DNA of 32,000 bases from Candidatus Saccharimonadota bacterium (GTDB lineage Bacteria; Patescibacteriota; Gracilibacteria; BD1-5; UBA2023): assembly GCA_963706795.1 (NCBI GenBank), contig OY970170.1:840001-872000 (forward strand), read 5' to 3'. Positions 30,435 to 32,000 of this stretch are shown here, one piece after another (positions within the stretch are counted from its first letter, which is position 1; each line of letters opens with the position of its first letter). The notes under the pieces were generated by a model. That model saw nothing but the letters and a program-made list of their open reading frames with translations. It ran no database searches and was not told where the DNA came from. The translations under genes and the position numbers were made by a program.

Positions 30435-30523
30435 CTTTAGGGTTTATTAGATTGATTGCAAAAGATTTTTGTTGTGAGTGTGAGTGATTTGAGAATCAAT
30501 TAAATTATGCGTATTTTTTTAAA

Positions 30524-30552
30524 GAACCCCCTCTTCTGTATAGAAGAGGGGG
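30524..30552 (-). terminator. intrinsic terminator
   Basis: AACCCCCTCTTCT-GTAT-AGAAGAGGGGGTT, a 13-bp stem, downstream of the 30578..30985 gene. Confidence 0.65.
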
Positions 30553-30577
30553 TTGAGTGAGGGGATATATTAATTTG

Positions 30578-30985
30578 TTACATCCCCAGCACCTTGTTCA
30601 TTGCATCGATCATTGCTGTTTCGAGCGTATGAGAAGGTGAATTGCCCAGTATGGCCTGGACGGCAAAGCCACGATTCAAAAAGAGTGCGTAGTCTTCGAC
30701 ATTATTTGATATAGTCGACAAATCCATTGCCAACAAGAGGATTGTTGTGCTGAGTGCCACTTTAATTTGTTCGGCTATATCTTTTGTTAGCAATTTTTCT
30801 CCGCCATTCCCATTGTAGAAGTGCATGAGATTTTGGAACTTTTCTTCCGCATTAGGTAATACATTGATTGCATCAAATATTGCCTGTAGATCATCATTTC
30901 TTACCTGCATGAGATCTAAGGCATGATTTACCGAAATATTATTTGCGGTACAAAATTCCTTGATCCTATTAAATGAATGTGTCAT
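30578..30985 (-). CDS. hypothetical protein, 135 aa
   Basis: ATG 30985 preceded by AAGGAGA 7 nt upstream. The longer track start (31078) lacks an SD and would overlap the promoter motif. TAA stop. Confidence 0.55.
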   Translation of the reverse strand: MTHSFNRIKEFCTANNISVNHALDLMQVRNDDLQAIFDAINVLPNAEEKFQNLMHFYNGNGGEKLLTKDIAEQIKVALSTTILLLAMDLSTISNNVEDYALFLNRGFAVQAILGNSPSHTLETAMIDAMNKVLGM

Positions 30986-31019
30986 TTTTTCTCCTTCTGC
31001 CACTTGGGCTTTTTGTTTA

Positions 31020-31058
31020 GGTAGGATATTTATAATAAAAATACACAGAAAGTCAAAG
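31020..31058 (-). promoter_or_regulatory. candidate promoter, copy 1 of a duplicated motif
   Basis: Minus strand: TTGACT-N16-TATAAA within CTTTGACTTTCTGTGTATTTTTATTATAAATATCCTACC. Shares GGTAG / TTTATAATAAAAAT / GTCAAA blocks with 31427..31465. Confidence 0.5.
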
Positions 31059-31179
31059 ATGCTCGTGCCCCGAGACATAAAAAATCTCTCTCAAATATTT
31101 GAGAGAGATTTTACATATCACAGCTTCTCTGCCACCTTTGCCTCGGTTGTTTTGCCGAGTAGCCTAGAAAATTGCTGTT

Positions 31180-31401
31180 TTAGCAGGTGCTTCGTCTTTG
31201 TACTGACGGTTGGGACTGTGCTGTCATAAAGCCAGGTCTTGCAGATCCCCCTGTCAGGTAATGACTGATTGCCATTCTGTGTTGATGCAACTTGTCAGCC
31301 AGACTTTTATCAAAAGCAAGGGGATCAAAGTTTTCAATCTTCCCATTCATTTCAGAGTCAGACGACACTTGGGGGATTGTGTGCAATGCGTTGGTATTCA
31401 T
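31180..31401 (-). CDS. hypothetical protein, 73 aa
   Basis: Uninterrupted ORF with ATG 31401 preceded by GAAAGGA. TAA stop. Confidence 0.45.
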   Translation of the reverse strand: MNTNALHTIPQVSSDSEMNGKIENFDPLAFDKSLADKLHQHRMAISHYLTGGSARPGFMTAQSQPSVQRRSTC

Positions 31402-31426
31402 GATAATTCCTTTCGGCGTTTGTTTT

Positions 31427-31465
31427 GGTAGAGTGTTTATAATAAAAATCCTTCATATGTCAAAA
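31427..31465 (-). promoter_or_regulatory. candidate promoter, copy 2 of the duplicated motif
   Basis: Minus strand: TTGACA-N16-TATAAA within TTTTGACATATGAAGGATTTTTATTATAAACACTCTACC. Confidence 0.5.
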
Positions 31466-31558
31466 TAACTCTCATTTTACTTTGGAGTTACGCTTTTGAT
31501 TTTGAATAGGTTTTCTGGCTCATATACTTCACACACGTTTTGCATCACTCCCATTTTT

Positions 31559-32000
31559 ATGTCGGAATTTTTGAAGATTGTACAGAGGATTATGCAGCCA
31601 ACATTTGCAATTGGGTATCGAGTCTGGATCCATATTGTATATCGATTTGTAGTGGCTATCTCGGCAATACTCATTGCTCAAATACTGGGGCGTATTACTC
31701 AGGCTATTGCAGTACGCGCATCCTTTGATGTTATAGTGAGCATTGGAATTGAGGCTTTTGCGATTATTGTGCTAAATCTCGTGATACTTGGGATTATGGT
31801 CTATTTCAACGCAACACAGATGGATGTGAGTGTACGAGCATCGAGAGTAATTCGTCAACAACTCTTAGAATCATATTTCAAAAAAGAGCTTTCGCTTCAG
31901 ACTCCAACTGGCAAGGTACTTACTATTTTTGAGAATGGCATCAGTTCATGGCTTACACTCTCTAATCGTGCGGTAATTGATGATCCATTCGGTATCGTCA
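31559..32000 (+). CDS. ABC exporter, N-terminal transmembrane domain (partial, runs off the right edge)
   Basis: Frame open from ATG 31559 to the window end. MSEFLKIVQRIMQPT..ISAILIAQILGRITQAI..IIVLNLVILGIMVYFNATQMDVSVRASRVIRQQLLESYFKKELSLQTPTGKVLTIFENG matches the MsbA-like type I exporter TMD pattern. Confidence 0.7.
   Translation, partial: MSEFLKIVQRIMQPTFAIGYRVWIHIVYRFVVAISAILIAQILGRITQAIAVRASFDVIVSIGIEAFAIIVLNLVILGIMVYFNATQMDVSVRASRVIRQQLLESYFKKELSLQTPTGKVLTIFENGISSWLTLSNRAVIDDPFGIV

Overview
This window is best read with genetic code 25 (UGA = Gly), which points to a Candidate Phyla Radiation bacterium of the Gracilibacteria/Absconditabacteria (BD1-5/SR1) type. About 80 in-frame TGA codons join fragments of the supplied standard-code ORF track into full-length genes. 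Several sit at universally conserved glycines, and every CDS I call ends in TAA or TAG, never TGA.

**Layout**
- **1-2.5 kb:** three minus-strand genes, including a single-chain, mitochondrial-type phenylalanyl-tRNA synthetase.
- **2.5-13.7 kb:** an AT-richer accessory region. It holds small hypotheticals, lipoproteins (one with DKNYY repeats), a serine hydrolase and an HExxH protein. It ends in a probable integrated element carrying a 754-aa membrane protein, a superinfection-immunity-like microprotein and a large serine recombinase whose 3' end overlaps tRNA-Cys.
- **13.9-27.2 kb:** core genes. These are gatC, recF, rpsT-infC-rpmI-rplT, yidD, a PAP2 phosphatase, dedA, bcp, ymdB, htrA and hisS, plus two surface proteins that share a C-terminal module.
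- **27.4-29.2 kb:** a stand-alone 16S rRNA gene with a promoter, a boxA-like element and its own terminator; no 23S follows.
- **29.2-30.4 kb:** a CsoR-centred module with a 27-aa metallothionein-like peptide.
- **30.6-32 kb:** two small genes with twin promoters and the start of an ABC exporter.

**Limits:** all homology calls rest on motifs recognised by eye and from memory. No database or HMM search was run, so start codons and element boundaries are approximate.
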